A stretch of DNA of 64,000 bases, from assembly GCA_965277285.1 (NCBI GenBank), contig OZ255721.1:1760001-1824000 (forward strand), given 5' to 3'. A program made the translations under genes and the position numbers. The DNA comes from Abditibacteriaceae bacterium. GTDB taxonomy: Bacteria; Armatimonadota; Abditibacteriia; Abditibacteriales; Abditibacteriaceae. The notes under the pieces were generated by a model. It searched no databases, had not been told where the DNA came from, and was given only the letters and a program-made list of their open reading frames with translations. Position 1 is the stretch's first letter. Every line of letters starts with the position of its first letter. Below are positions 1 to 10,963 of this stretch, piece by piece.

Positions 1-44
1 GGTTGCTCATCGAACGTCAGCGATTCCGGCGTCGATTCTATCGA

Positions 45-941
45 ATGGAGTTTCCGATAACAAATAGTTCAATTTCCTATCTCAGCGAACGTTCGTGGAA
101 TGCGCATCGGCCTCGCGTGCTTGTCGTCGCGTGTTCGGATGGGCGCTTGCAGCAAAACGTCGATGATTTTCTGCGCAATGCTTTGAACATTGCCGATTAC
201 GACCGCTTGTATATGCCGGGCGGCCCGGGCGCTCTGGCGCAAAGCGGCTTCGAGTTCTTGCGCGCCGATCAATGGCGACGCGAAAGCGATTTTCTCATCA
301 AAGCGCACGAGTTGGAAGAAGTCATCCTCATCTTTCACGCAGCCGCGCCTGAGGGCCCAATCGAAGCGAACTGCGCCGATTACAGTCGCAAATTGCCGAC
401 GATGAACGCGCACGCCTGCCGCGATCAGCAAGACGAAGATGCAACCGATGTTTTGCTGCGCGTTTTCAGTGCGCATTCGCACCTAAAAATGCGCGCCTTT
501 CGCGCCGAAGTGCGCCGCGATGGAAAAGTCCAGTTCATCGACTTGCTGAGCGGAAGTAACCATGCGCCGTCGGTTGCCCAAGTCGAGCCTGCTCAAGTCG
601 AGCCTGTCGAACCAACCGCGCGAGCCGATCTCAAGGCGTTGCCGCCAGTTCTGGCGCCGATCACCTTTACGTATCGTGTGACGGGTTCGGTGCGCGGCAT
701 CACGGGAACTTACACCGCTGAAAACGGAAACGAAGTCGCCATTCCCAACGGCGCAACTTTGCCATGGACGAAAACCGTGACAATTCCTGGCCATCTCATA
801 CACCAGCACCTCAAAGTCGCTTTATCGGCGCAAGACGCGGCGCGTTCGGGCACTCCGCTTTTGTTGGAAATGTTCGCCGACGGCAAACTCGTCAACTCGA
901 TAAAAAGCGCTGCCTCGCGCATCTTCGTCCACAAAGATTGA
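45..941 (+). CDS. Beta-carbonic-anhydrase-like protein with a C-terminal MmpS-like domain
   Basis: VACSDGR, MPGG and H...C metal-ligand pattern; C-terminal TYRVTG...LPWTKTV resembles MmpS. Start uncertain: the ORF is open from 3. Confidence 0.5.
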   Translation: MEFPITNSSISYLSERSWNAHRPRVLVVACSDGRLQQNVDDFLRNALNIADYDRLYMPGGPGALAQSGFEFLRADQWRRESDFLIKAHELEEVILIFHAAAPEGPIEANCADYSRKLPTMNAHACRDQQDEDATDVLLRVFSAHSHLKMRAFRAEVRRDGKVQFIDLLSGSNHAPSVAQVEPAQVEPVEPTARADLKALPPVLAPITFTYRVTGSVRGITGTYTAENGNEVAIPNGATLPWTKTVTIPGHLIHQHLKVALSAQDAARSGTPLLLEMFADGKLVNSIKSAASRIFVHKD

Positions 942-1080
942 TTATAAAACGAAGCGCTGACGCAGGATTTGGTTCTTTCGCGCTTCAAATTGACGCGATG
1001 CGCCGATTCGCGCTAAATTAAGATGTCCTTCTTCTTTGAATCAAGTTTGTAAAATCTGCGAAATGCCTTGAAAGTAGAAG

Positions 1081-1148
1081 TTTGTCATTCTGAGCGCAGC
1101 GAAGAATCTAACTTTACATAGATTCTTCTCTTCGCTCACAATGACAAA
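1081..1148. repeat. REPIN-like palindrome, family B (TGTCATTCTGAGCGCAGC...GCTCAGAATGACA type)
   Basis: Imperfect inverted repeat; related copies at 29325-29444, 58172-59094 and a half copy near 17594. Confidence 0.8.
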
Positions 1149-1256
1149 GTGCGGGGTTCCTGCGTTGTTTCTCGCTTTGCAAACTGATTCTCCTATCACG
1201 GCTCACGACCTTCCAATCGAGTACTCAATTCCGCGCTTTTCCAACCCTTTCGTTTC

Positions 1257-2870
1257 ATGTTTCGTAAGCATCAAGACGCGTTTGGCGAACTGTGTTTCGC
1301 GCTGCGCAATGGCGAAATCGCGCCGACCAAAACCATCATTTGCAGCGTCACGCCCGGCGGCGGCAAAAGTTTGTTGCCGCTCATTGCGGCCAGCCAGCTT
1401 TTGCCCGCTCTGGCCGACCGCATTTGCTGGGTCGTGCCGCGTCGTGCCCTGCAAGCGCAAGCCGAAAGCGAGTTTCTGGCGTCCCGTGGCCGCGAACTTT
1501 TGGGTCACAATCACATGATTCGCAAAAGCTCGAACGAACCCGATCCGGCGCGCAACCTGTCCGGCTTCGTCACGACTTATCAAGCGATTGGCATGGGCAA
1601 TTATTATCTGCGCGAAGAGTTTGCGCGGCATCGCTACATCTTATTTCTCGATGAACCGCATCACGTCGAAGAAGGCGGCGCGTGGGAAGCGGCACTCGAA
1701 CCTTTGGTCAGCCGCGCCGTTTTGACGGTTTTTATGAGCGGAACGCTGGAGCGCGGCAATCGCAAGCGCATCGCGTTTTTGCCGTATGCGCAAAGCTCGC
1801 GCGGTGAAATTATCGACCTCAGTGGACGCCAGGCGCCCGCTATCGAGTACTCGAGGCGCGATGCCCTGCTCGACCAGGCGATTTTGCCGATTCATTTTGA
1901 ACTGATGGACGGCACAGCCGAATGGATCGGGCGCGATGGCGAAACTTATTCGACAACGCTTTCCGCCGCCAACAAAGACACGGCGGAAGCGCTTTATACC
2001 GCGCTCAAAACGCAGTTCGCCGTGCAGCTTTTGGACGAATGCAGCGCGCACTGGAACACTCACAAACAAAGTCATCCGCGCGCCAAACTGCTGGTCGTGA
2101 CCGCCGACATCGAAGACGCCAAAAAATACGCCGAGCACCTTTACAAACAAGGCATTCGCGCCGCCATTGCGACCAGCGACGATTCTTCGCAAGCGCAGGC
2201 GAACATCGAAAGTTTCAAAAGCATCGGCAAGCGCAAATCGATTGACGCGCTGGTCACGGTCGCTATGGCGTATGAAGGCTTGGATGTTCCCGCGATCACG
2301 CACATCGCGTGTTTGACGCACATCCGCAGCAAGCCGTGGATCGAGCAAATGATCGCGCGCGCCACGCGTTACGACGCCGAAGCCGGAAGTTGGGACGAGC
2401 AAATGGCGTATGTTTACGTGCCCGACGACCGCAACATTTGCGCAATTATTCAGGCGATGGAAGACGAACAAATCAGCGCCATAAAAACCACGAATTCGCA
2501 AGACGATTTGACGGACGAAGAAATGCTGGCGATGCTGAACGCCGAAGAACGCCGCGCACCCGAAGAGCGGAACGCGATTGTTCCGGTTGGAAGTCAGGGC
2601 GTTGGAAGGCGTTGGAACCGCGTCGGCCACATCGCGCCGCAAGGTTCGAGTACTCAATCGGCACCAACACGCACGCCGAGCCAGATGGAAGCGCGTTTGC
2701 GCGAACGCATTCAAAAACGTTGCCGTCAAATCGACGCCGAAACCTTCGACCGCACCTGGGGCGAAACCAACAAGCGCGTCGTGCGCTACTTCGGCAAGCA
2801 ACGCACGCAAATGACTTTGGACGAACTCGAACGCGTCAATTTGTGGCTGGAAGAAACCTATCCAGGCTAA
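1257..2870 (+). CDS. Superfamily 2 DEAD/DEAH-box helicase (ResIII-like)
   Basis: TPGGGKS Walker A, DEPHH motif II, SGT motif III, EGLDVP, QMIARATR motif VI. Confidence 0.8.
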   Translation: MFRKHQDAFGELCFALRNGEIAPTKTIICSVTPGGGKSLLPLIAASQLLPALADRICWVVPRRALQAQAESEFLASRGRELLGHNHMIRKSSNEPDPARNLSGFVTTYQAIGMGNYYLREEFARHRYILFLDEPHHVEEGGAWEAALEPLVSRAVLTVFMSGTLERGNRKRIAFLPYAQSSRGEIIDLSGRQAPAIEYSRRDALLDQAILPIHFELMDGTAEWIGRDGETYSTTLSAANKDTAEALYTALKTQFAVQLLDECSAHWNTHKQSHPRAKLLVVTADIEDAKKYAEHLYKQGIRAAIATSDDSSQAQANIESFKSIGKRKSIDALVTVAMAYEGLDVPAITHIACLTHIRSKPWIEQMIARATRYDAEAGSWDEQMAYVYVPDDRNICAIIQAMEDEQISAIKTTNSQDDLTDEEMLAMLNAEERRAPEERNAIVPVGSQGVGRRWNRVGHIAPQGSSTQSAPTRTPSQMEARLRERIQKRCRQIDAETFDRTWGETNKRVVRYFGKQRTQMTLDELERVNLWLEETYPG

Positions 2871-2894
2871 TTCGAGTACTCGATGAACAGAGTT

Positions 2895-3410
2895 TCACGC
2901 TTGGAGGTTCCAACTCGCACTCAAATCATTGTCGCACAGATCGCACACGAACCAATCGTCTTTGACGATGTTGATAGAACGGCAACGGGAACAAAGTCGG
3001 AAGACGAAGTGCGTTGAAAAATTGGCGGGATGAGCAAGACCGATTTCATCTAACGCTCTGGCGACAGTCGGCCACGATTCGGGTTCAGGACAATAACCCG
3101 TTGACTGATTGGAAACCGCAACGACTTCGGCTTCTTCGTTGTGAATCTGAAAACTCATTTCGCCAGCAGAAAAAACAGGTTGTCCATTCGCGCACGCAAC
3201 GTGCTCCGAATGACGGTCGGCAATCCAGAGTTTTCCCGTTGTATCAACGATGAACGTAGCGACAACTTGATTTTCTATGGTCGCATTTTGTTGGGTTTGT
3301 TCGATCCAACGCAAAACATCGGACGCATTTAGAATTCGGCAACGTGTTGGTGAACTTCCGCTTGAAGAGAGAAATTCGAGTGGCCCAACGTATTGATAAA
3401 TTCTCGGCAT
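2895..3410 (-). CDS. Hypothetical protein with C-terminal CxxC...CxxC
   Basis: 171-aa ORF with protein-like composition filling the gap; CSRC and CDLC. Confidence 0.6.
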   Translation of the reverse strand: MPRIYQYVGPLEFLSSSGSSPTRCRILNASDVLRWIEQTQQNATIENQVVATFIVDTTGKLWIADRHSEHVACANGQPVFSAGEMSFQIHNEEAEVVAVSNQSTGYCPEPESWPTVARALDEIGLAHPANFSTHFVFRLCSRCRSINIVKDDWFVCDLCDNDLSASWNLQA

Positions 3411-3427
3411 CTTTGCAGTATGGCAAC

Positions 3428-3466
3428 AAAAAGCCCGCTACGAAAACTTCTCGTAACGGGCTTTTT
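3428..3466. terminator. Probable intrinsic terminator
   Basis: AAAAAGCCCG...CGGGCTTTTT hairpin just downstream of the Spy/CpxP-like gene. Confidence 0.6.
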
Positions 3467-3499
3467 CGTCAATCGAGTACTCGAATTATGCTCAACGAA

Positions 3500-4195
3500 T
3501 TAACCGTTGAGGCCGCCGTTGCTAGGGCGCGAATAATTCGATTGCGCGCTGTTGTTACTGGCGGTGTTACCAGCGGTGCCAGCACGATTTTCACGATGTT
3601 CGCGTCGCCATTGCTTCAATTGCGCTTGCTGCTCGGGCGTCAATAGCGCAAGGATGCTTTGCATCGAGCTGCGGCGAACCGTTTTAATTTGCGCCTGCTG
3701 CTCGGCAGGAGACAAGGACGTGTTGCTCTTGATCGCTTCGATTTGCGCTTTGGCGGTTTCCCGAATGCTCTTAATTTGCGCTTTCTGATCCGCTGTCAGG
3801 TTCAGTTCTTTGAAGCCTTCGTTTTCGCGCTTATCCCCGCGCTCTTCACGGCGAATCTGCTTCAGTTGCGCTTGTTGATCCGGCGTCAAAACGGCGTTGA
3901 TGCGCGCTTCGGTGTCGACGTGGATCGCCTTGATTTGCGCTTTTGCATCGGCGGGCGACAAAGATGTGTTGCTTTTGACTTCCTGCACGCGCACTTTCTG
4001 GTCGTCCAAAATCGTCTTGATCTGCGCTTTCTGGTCAGCCGTCAAATTCAACTGGCTCCAAACGCTACGATGGTGACGTGCTGTGGTTGGCGCAGTCGTG
4101 GTTTGCGCCAGCGAGGGAAACGCTGTGCCAACAATTGTGCCCAATGCCAAAACGCCCAATGCGACCATTTTGAACGTCGTCTTTGATGTCTTCAT
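3500..4195 (-). CDS. Spy/CpxP-family periplasmic protein (LTXXQ repeats)
   Basis: Signal peptide; repeated LNLTADQKAQIK and LTPEQQAQL; AGGAG RBS before ATG at 4195; divergent from a two-component pair. Confidence 0.85.
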   Translation of the reverse strand: MKTSKTTFKMVALGVLALGTIVGTAFPSLAQTTTAPTTARHHRSVWSQLNLTADQKAQIKTILDDQKVRVQEVKSNTSLSPADAKAQIKAIHVDTEARINAVLTPDQQAQLKQIRREERGDKRENEGFKELNLTADQKAQIKSIRETAKAQIEAIKSNTSLSPAEQQAQIKTVRRSSMQSILALLTPEQQAQLKQWRREHRENRAGTAGNTASNNSAQSNYSRPSNGGLNG

Positions 4196-4398
4196 TCGAT
4201 TTCTCCTGAACTTTCGGCGAAGCTTGTTTTTGGCTTTCTTCGCGCAAGTGCCTTGTGAGACGTGAGTATGGCTTTGGAGTTGGTCAAGTTGCGTCAACCC
4301 TCTGCAAAGTTTTGTTAAAAAACAATGTTTTGAGGATATGCTTCAAAAATAAACCTCAATGTGCGATAGAATTGCGAGGAAGTGAAGTTAAACAGCTC

Positions 4399-5145
4399 AT
4401 GGAACGAATTCTCTTGGTTGATGACGACGTCGAGTTGTGTGAATTGGTCAACGAATATCTGGCGCCCGAAGGTTTCGCCATCGAAACGCGGCACGACGGC
4501 GCGCAAGGTTTGCAAGCGGCGCAAAGCGGCCAACACGACATTTTAGTACTCGATGTGATGCTGCCAAAAATGGGCGGCTTTGAAGTGCTGCGGCAATTGC
4601 GCGCTGACGAAGGTTCGCGTTCACCCGCCACGCATCTTCCCGTGCTGATGCTGACAGCGCGCGGCGACGACATCGACCGCATCGTCGGACTGGAAATGGG
4701 CGCCGACGATTACCTGTCGAAACCTTTCAATCCGCGCGAGTTGGCAGCTCGCATCCGCGCTATTTTGCGTCGTACACAAAGCGTTCAAAATGCGGCTTCA
4801 AACGAAACTCTTGCAACAAGCGAAGAACCGGAAAATACGCTTCAAGTGTTGAAGGTCGGCGACCTCGAAATGGACGAAGGCGCGCGGCGCGCTCAACGCA
4901 ATGGCCAAAAATTGGAGTTGACAGGCGTCGAATTCGATCTGCTGGCGATGTTGTTGCGCTCCGCCGGTCATGTCGTATCGCGCGAAGAACTGATTCGCCA
5001 GATTTTAGGGCGCAAGGCGCTGCGCTACGACCGCAGCATCGACACGCACGTCAGCAACCTGCGCAAAAAACTCGGCCCCAGCGCCGACGGCGGCGAACGT
5101 ATCACCTCGATCCGCAGCGTCGGCTACATTTATCGTCGTCCTTGA
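4399..5145 (+). CDS. OmpR-family response regulator (CpxR-like)
   Basis: LLVDDD, LDVMLP, GADDYLSKPF; winged helix DRSIDTHVSNLRKKL. Confidence 0.92.
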   Translation: MERILLVDDDVELCELVNEYLAPEGFAIETRHDGAQGLQAAQSGQHDILVLDVMLPKMGGFEVLRQLRADEGSRSPATHLPVLMLTARGDDIDRIVGLEMGADDYLSKPFNPRELAARIRAILRRTQSVQNAASNETLATSEEPENTLQVLKVGDLEMDEGARRAQRNGQKLELTGVEFDLLAMLLRSAGHVVSREELIRQILGRKALRYDRSIDTHVSNLRKKLGPSADGGERITSIRSVGYIYRRP

Positions 5146-5170
5146 ACAAAGCTCGATACGATCAGCAAGT

Positions 5171-5304
5171 CAACGAACCCGAAGTGTGAGCAAGGGAGAT
5201 GAGAAAAGATGAAGCCAAAAGGATGAAGTTGGCGCTTCAGTGCCTTCCTCTTCCATTATATTCATCCTTTCTTGGTCTCCCTCGCTGACGCTTCGGGTTC
5301 GTTG
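5171..5304. repeat. REPIN family A (GAACCCGAAGCGTCAGCGAGGG...CCCTCGCTGACGCTTCGGGTTC type)
   Basis: Inverted repeat pair with many related intergenic copies in the window. Confidence 0.8.
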
Positions 5305-5336
5305 AGCAATCGAGTACTCGAAACTCACTTTTATTT

Positions 5337-7199
5337 ATGCGCAGTTTGTTTTGGAAAATTTTTTTGTGGTTCTGGCTGGCGATGACGCTGGTCATCACGC
5401 TGACGGCGACGCTGATGTGGTCGCTGGGGCCGATGATTCCACGTTTTCCCAACGAGGCGGACGCCGCGCCCAACGGACGGCGCTTTCTGCCGGTCAGCGA
5501 AGCGATGGCGTTGCTGGCGAACCAGAGCGTCACCGCTTATCAGCACGCGGGTGCTGGCGCTCTGCCGCCACAATGGGAAACCGGCAGCAACGCGCGCCGC
5601 GTCGAATCGTGGCTTTTCGACCAAAACGGCAAAGTTCTCGCCCATACAGCGCCCGCGCTTCCGAAAGAACTAACCCAAAAAACGACACCTGCGGCAACTT
5701 CAGATGCCGCCTCGGGAAACAGCGATGACGTGTCCACTTTCAGCGCTTCGACCTGGCCGAAAGTTTCCTCAACCGACATCGAAACCATGGCGTGGCGCGC
5801 TTTGAACAGCCCTCGCCTGCAAACACGGCGTCAAGGCAGCGGCTTGTTGGCAGCGATTGCGACTGACCGCGCGGGTCAGCATTTCGCACTTGTGATGCTG
5901 TTCAGCGCGCCACCTCAAAGCGATGAAAACCCGTTGCTATCGCCCAGCCTGGGATTTCCGATTCTCACGCCTTTGCTGGGCGCGGGCGATCTTTCGCGGC
6001 GTGCCACGCGCCTGCTGCTGATGCTGCTCACAACCGGACTTTTCTGTTTCTGGCTGGCGCGCCATCTGACACGTCCAGTTTCGCAATTGCGCACCGCCAC
6101 GCACCAACTCGAACGCGGACAGTTGAGTTCGCGCGTCGCGCCACAATTGAAAAAACGCCGCGACGAACTGGGCGACTTGGGACGCGATTTCGACGCTATG
6201 GCCGAACGATTAGAAGCTTTGATGACGGCGCAACGCCGCTTGATCAGCGACGTTTCGCACGAACTGCGTTCGCCTTTGGCGCGCCTGGGCATCGCCCTCG
6301 AACTGGCGCGCCGCCATTCGACAAAAAACATCGTCAGCCAAAACTTCGCCGAACACAATTCGAGTACTCGATCTTCCACGAATTTGTCAGCAACGCTTGC
6401 TGAAGCGACTTCCAACGAAAATTCGATTGTTCCAGCGAGTGCCGTGAACGGTGCGACGATGATTCCTGCGGCCTTGTCTTCAGCGGATGCGCAATTGCAA
6501 AGCGCGCTTGATCGCATCGAGCGCGAAGCGGGACGTTTGGAAGAAATGGTCGGGCAATTGTTGATGTTGTCGCGCCTGGAAAGTGGCGCGCCAGTTGGAA
6601 ACGAGGAAACTTTCGACTTGCTGGAAGTGGTGCGCGAAGTGGCGAGCGACGGGCGTTTCGAGGCTCAATCGCAAGGCCGCGAAGTCGAAGTGACGCAAGG
6701 CGAAGTGCAAGGCGATTGCGCCTCAAGCGAGCAACTTCCCATTCATGGCTCGCGCGCCCTGATGCGCAGCGGCCTGGAAAACGTCTTGCGCAACGCGATT
6801 CGCTTTGCGCCACCAGGAACCAGCGTCCAAATCGAAGTCCATTGCGAAACTTTGAACTCGCGCGCCCTCTCGAAAACCATGCCAAAAACGGCACTTGAAA
6901 AACTTTCACCTACCGATTTGCCGACCAGCACGCACCATCCGGCGCACAACATACACAACGCAACGTCGCAAATCGTGCTTCGAGTACTCGATGCTGGCCC
7001 GGGCGTTCCCGAAGATGTCTTGCAGAAACTTTTCCAACCGTTTTATCGCGTGGAAGACGCGCGCGACCGTCAAAGCGGCGGCACAGGTTTGGGTTTGGCG
7101 ATTGCCGAGCGCGCCATTCACTTGCACGACGGCACCATTCGCGCCTTCAATCGCCCAGCTGGTGGCCTGGGCGTGGAAATCACCTTGCCGCAAAGTTGA
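5337..7199 (+). CDS. HAMP-domain sensor histidine kinase (CpxA-like)
   Basis: Two TM segments, HAMP, SHELRSPL H-box, N box ENVLRNAIR, DAGPG and GTGLGL. Confidence 0.92.
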   Translation: MRSLFWKIFLWFWLAMTLVITLTATLMWSLGPMIPRFPNEADAAPNGRRFLPVSEAMALLANQSVTAYQHAGAGALPPQWETGSNARRVESWLFDQNGKVLAHTAPALPKELTQKTTPAATSDAASGNSDDVSTFSASTWPKVSSTDIETMAWRALNSPRLQTRRQGSGLLAAIATDRAGQHFALVMLFSAPPQSDENPLLSPSLGFPILTPLLGAGDLSRRATRLLLMLLTTGLFCFWLARHLTRPVSQLRTATHQLERGQLSSRVAPQLKKRRDELGDLGRDFDAMAERLEALMTAQRRLISDVSHELRSPLARLGIALELARRHSTKNIVSQNFAEHNSSTRSSTNLSATLAEATSNENSIVPASAVNGATMIPAALSSADAQLQSALDRIEREAGRLEEMVGQLLMLSRLESGAPVGNEETFDLLEVVREVASDGRFEAQSQGREVEVTQGEVQGDCASSEQLPIHGSRALMRSGLENVLRNAIRFAPPGTSVQIEVHCETLNSRALSKTMPKTALEKLSPTDLPTSTHHPAHNIHNATSQIVLRVLDAGPGVPEDVLQKLFQPFYRVEDARDRQSGGTGLGLAIAERAIHLHDGTIRAFNRPAGGLGVEITLPQS

Positions 7200-7305
7200 T
7201 GCAGAGAATAGAACCCAAGCGTAAGCGCGGGGCTTTCTTCAAGTGTTCGTTAAAGCTCTTTTTACTCCCATTCGGAAGAACGCAGGTTCTATCCTTGAAA
7301 GGGTT

Positions 7306-8072
<767 letters not shown>

Positions 8073-8076
<4 letters not shown>

Positions 8077-9521
8077 CGCGTCACCTCCCAGCGGCGTTCG
8101 AGCGCGTTCGCCAGGCGCGTCAAGGGAAACGTCACGAGAAGATAAAACGCGGCGACGGTTGTCCAAACCGGAAGCGGCGCCGCGATCTGGCTCGCCAACT
8201 CTTGTCCACTGCGCGTCAGTTCCGCCATGCCGATAACCGAAACCAGCGACGAATCTTTAAGCAGAGCAATCGCTTCGTTGGTCAAAGGTGGCAAAACGCG
8301 GCGCACGGCCTGGGGCAAAATGACATGGCGCATCGACTGCGAATATGTCATGCCCAGCGAGCGCGCGGCTTCGCTTTGCCCGATGTCGATGGACGAAATG
8401 CCCGCGCGAAAAATCTCCGCGATATACGCCGCGCAATTGAGCGAAAGCGCCAAAGTCGCGGCGGGCAACGGTTTCAAATCCAGCCCAATAAGTTGCGGCA
8501 GCGCGTAATAAACAAAAATGATTTGTACTAAAAGCGGCGTGCCGCGCCAGATTTCGACATAGATTGCGCAGGCGATTTTGAGTACTCGAACGCCGCGCAA
8601 ACGCCCCAACGCCAGCATCAAGCCGCACGGCACGCCGATGAGGAGCGCCAAAAATGTCAGCAAAAGCGTAAGTTCGATTCCGTGCGCGAGAGTGCGCAAA
8701 ACCAAAGGCCAGGGAAACGCTTCTTTGGTATGAGATGCGCGTTCATCCGCCAGGCGCGCCGAAGCGCCGAAGTATTTGGTTTCGAGCGCGGCGTATTGGC
8801 CATTCGCGCGCAAACGTCCCAGCGCATCGTTGACGGCCTGTTGCAGCGCGACATCTTGCGGGCGCATCACCACGCCGTAATGTTCTTCGGTCAGCAAAGC
8901 GCCAACAGTGTGCAAGCCGCTGAAACCGTGCGCCAGAAAATAGCGAATCGTTGGCGCATCGCCGACTACGCCGTCCAAGTTGCCGTTTTTCAAATCCTGC
9001 AACGCGAGGTCAATCGTCGGATATTTGCGGACGCCGATCTGCGGATATTTTTTGAGAACTTCGCCCGCCGTCGTGTTGATCTGCATTCCCGCAGTTTTGC
9101 CGCTCAAGTCGTTGATGGTTTTGACGGCGCTTTCGTCATCGCGCACGGCGACGATTTGTCCCGCTGTGTAATACGGAGTAGAAAACGCCAGTTGCTTGCG
9201 GCGTTCATCGGTGATGGTTACGCTGGACATCACCATGTCGAACTTGCGCGCCAATAACGCCGGAAAAATGCCATCGAAACTCGTGTTGACCCATTCGACG
9301 CGCGCGCCCATTTCGCTGCCGATGGCTTGTCCCAGTTCGATGTCGAAGCCGCTGAACTGGCCATCTTTTTCGGTTTCAAAGGGCGGATAAGTCGCGTCGC
9401 TGCCGATGCGCAACGTTTGGCCGCGAAAACTGCTCGCGCTTTGTGGCGCGGCTGCAATTCGAGTACTCGAAAAGAGCGCCAGACAACAAAATATCAGCCA
9501 GAGGAATAAAATTCGTTTCAA
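8073..9521 (-). CDS. Amino-acid ABC transporter, fused substrate-binding and permease protein
   Basis: YPPFE SBP family 3 domain; RGTPLLVQ and EAARSLG permease motifs. Confidence 0.92.
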
Positions 9522-9620
9522 AAGCGCCTCGATTTTCTTTGCGAAACTTCACCTAAAAGGCTAAACGCATTTATTGCTCGTTCGTCACAGCGCGCTATTG
9601 TCACACGCTGTACGGAGTTC

Positions 9621-9712
9621 AGCGAACCCGAAGCGTCAGCGAGGGAGATTTTTCACATCTGCGACACCTCGCCGGCTGTTACTGACTCCCTCGCTGATGC
9701 TTCGGGTTCGCT
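9621..9712. repeat. REPIN family A
   Basis: AGCGAACCCGAAGCGTCAGCGAGGGAG ... CTCCCTCGCTGATGCTTCGGGTTCGCT. Confidence 0.85.
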
Positions 9713-9739
9713 AAATGCTCGCTTCTCCTTTCTTGAAAT

Positions 9740-10807
9740 ATGCCCTTCCTCACAAAAAGCGTTTTTGTCGGAGCGATTGTTCTTACGCTCACATCAGCCT
9801 TATCGTCCTGGATCAGACATTTGGGCGGCACAGCGCAGAGCACCGCTTTGCAACCTTTGGCGCAACCTTTGGCGCAACCTTTGGCGCGACATGCGCAGCG
9901 TCTGCTTTCGCGGCAACAACGGGCGCAAGCGGCGCACGAAGCGCGTTTGAAGCGCCAGGACGCCGAAATGGTGCGCGGCTTGCGCGGCCAATTGCAGCGT
10001 GTGCCGATGCCGCTCAGCCCACGTTTGAAGCGCAGTATTACCGCCTGGATTTATCTGCCGCCTGGATATGCGACTTCGAGTACTCGATTTCCCGTCGCCT
10101 ATATTTTGCATGGCGCGCCCGGACAAGCGCGCGATTGTTTCGTCAGTGCGCAAGTGCATCGCGTCGCGGAACACCTGATTTTAGAGAAAAAAGTTAAGCC
10201 GATGATTTTGGTCGGTTGGGACGCCAGCGGGCCAAAGGGCGCCGACGATGTGATCGATTATCTCAATCGCGCTGATGGCTCGTGGCCGATGGAAGATTTT
10301 ATTACACAAGAATTGGTGCCGTGGATCGACGCCAATTATCGCACGCAAGCGCAGCCGCAATCGCGCGCTCTGATCGGTTTTTCCGCTGGAGGTTATGGCG
10401 CTGCCAATCTGGGCCTGAAACATCCCGATATTTGGAGCGTAATGGCTTCACATTCCGGTTTTTTCGATCCCGACAGCGACCGCGAAAACATCACCAGAAT
10501 ACTCGGGCCGAAAAGTGAAATGTGGGACGCCAACAATCCGATTTTGCGCGTGCGTGAACTGGCGCCTGGAACGCGCCTGCATTTCTACATGGATGTCGGG
10601 CGCAGCGATGCCTTGCTGCCCGATTTCCTCCAAATGCAACGCGAATTGCAAGCGCAGCACATTGATTACGAAGCGCAAATCGCTTCCGGCGCCCACACAT
10701 GGAATTATCTGCGCGCTCATTACCGCGATTCGCTGCTTTTCGTTGACCGAAGATGGAACGAAATGGCATCGCAGATGGCACCTCCTCTGTCAATTGTGGC
10801 ACACTAA
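9740..10807 (+). CDS. Alpha/beta-hydrolase esterase (Fes/antigen-85-like)
   Basis: IYLPPGY, YILHG, GFSAGG nucleophile motif, GAHTW. Confidence 0.85.
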   Translation: MPFLTKSVFVGAIVLTLTSALSSWIRHLGGTAQSTALQPLAQPLAQPLARHAQRLLSRQQRAQAAHEARLKRQDAEMVRGLRGQLQRVPMPLSPRLKRSITAWIYLPPGYATSSTRFPVAYILHGAPGQARDCFVSAQVHRVAEHLILEKKVKPMILVGWDASGPKGADDVIDYLNRADGSWPMEDFITQELVPWIDANYRTQAQPQSRALIGFSAGGYGAANLGLKHPDIWSVMASHSGFFDPDSDRENITRILGPKSEMWDANNPILRVRELAPGTRLHFYMDVGRSDALLPDFLQMQRELQAQHIDYEAQIASGAHTWNYLRAHYRDSLLFVDRRWNEMASQMAPPLSIVAH

Positions 10808-10963
10808 TGTCGCGCATTTATATTCATATCGAAGAGAAAAATATAGCGTTTAGAAGGCAAAACGCTTGCGCAAAAGTGCTTATAGCCAGCGTTCTATTTT
10901 GGCGCCGGATCGCGGCTTTTCGACTTTTTCAAATTTTGCCTACGGAGGCTTCTCATTCGCGTA

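Noticed and set aside
9850..9885. Three tandem copies of GCAACCTTTGGC
   Set aside because: In-frame slippage repeat in the esterase N-terminal linker with no wider pattern.
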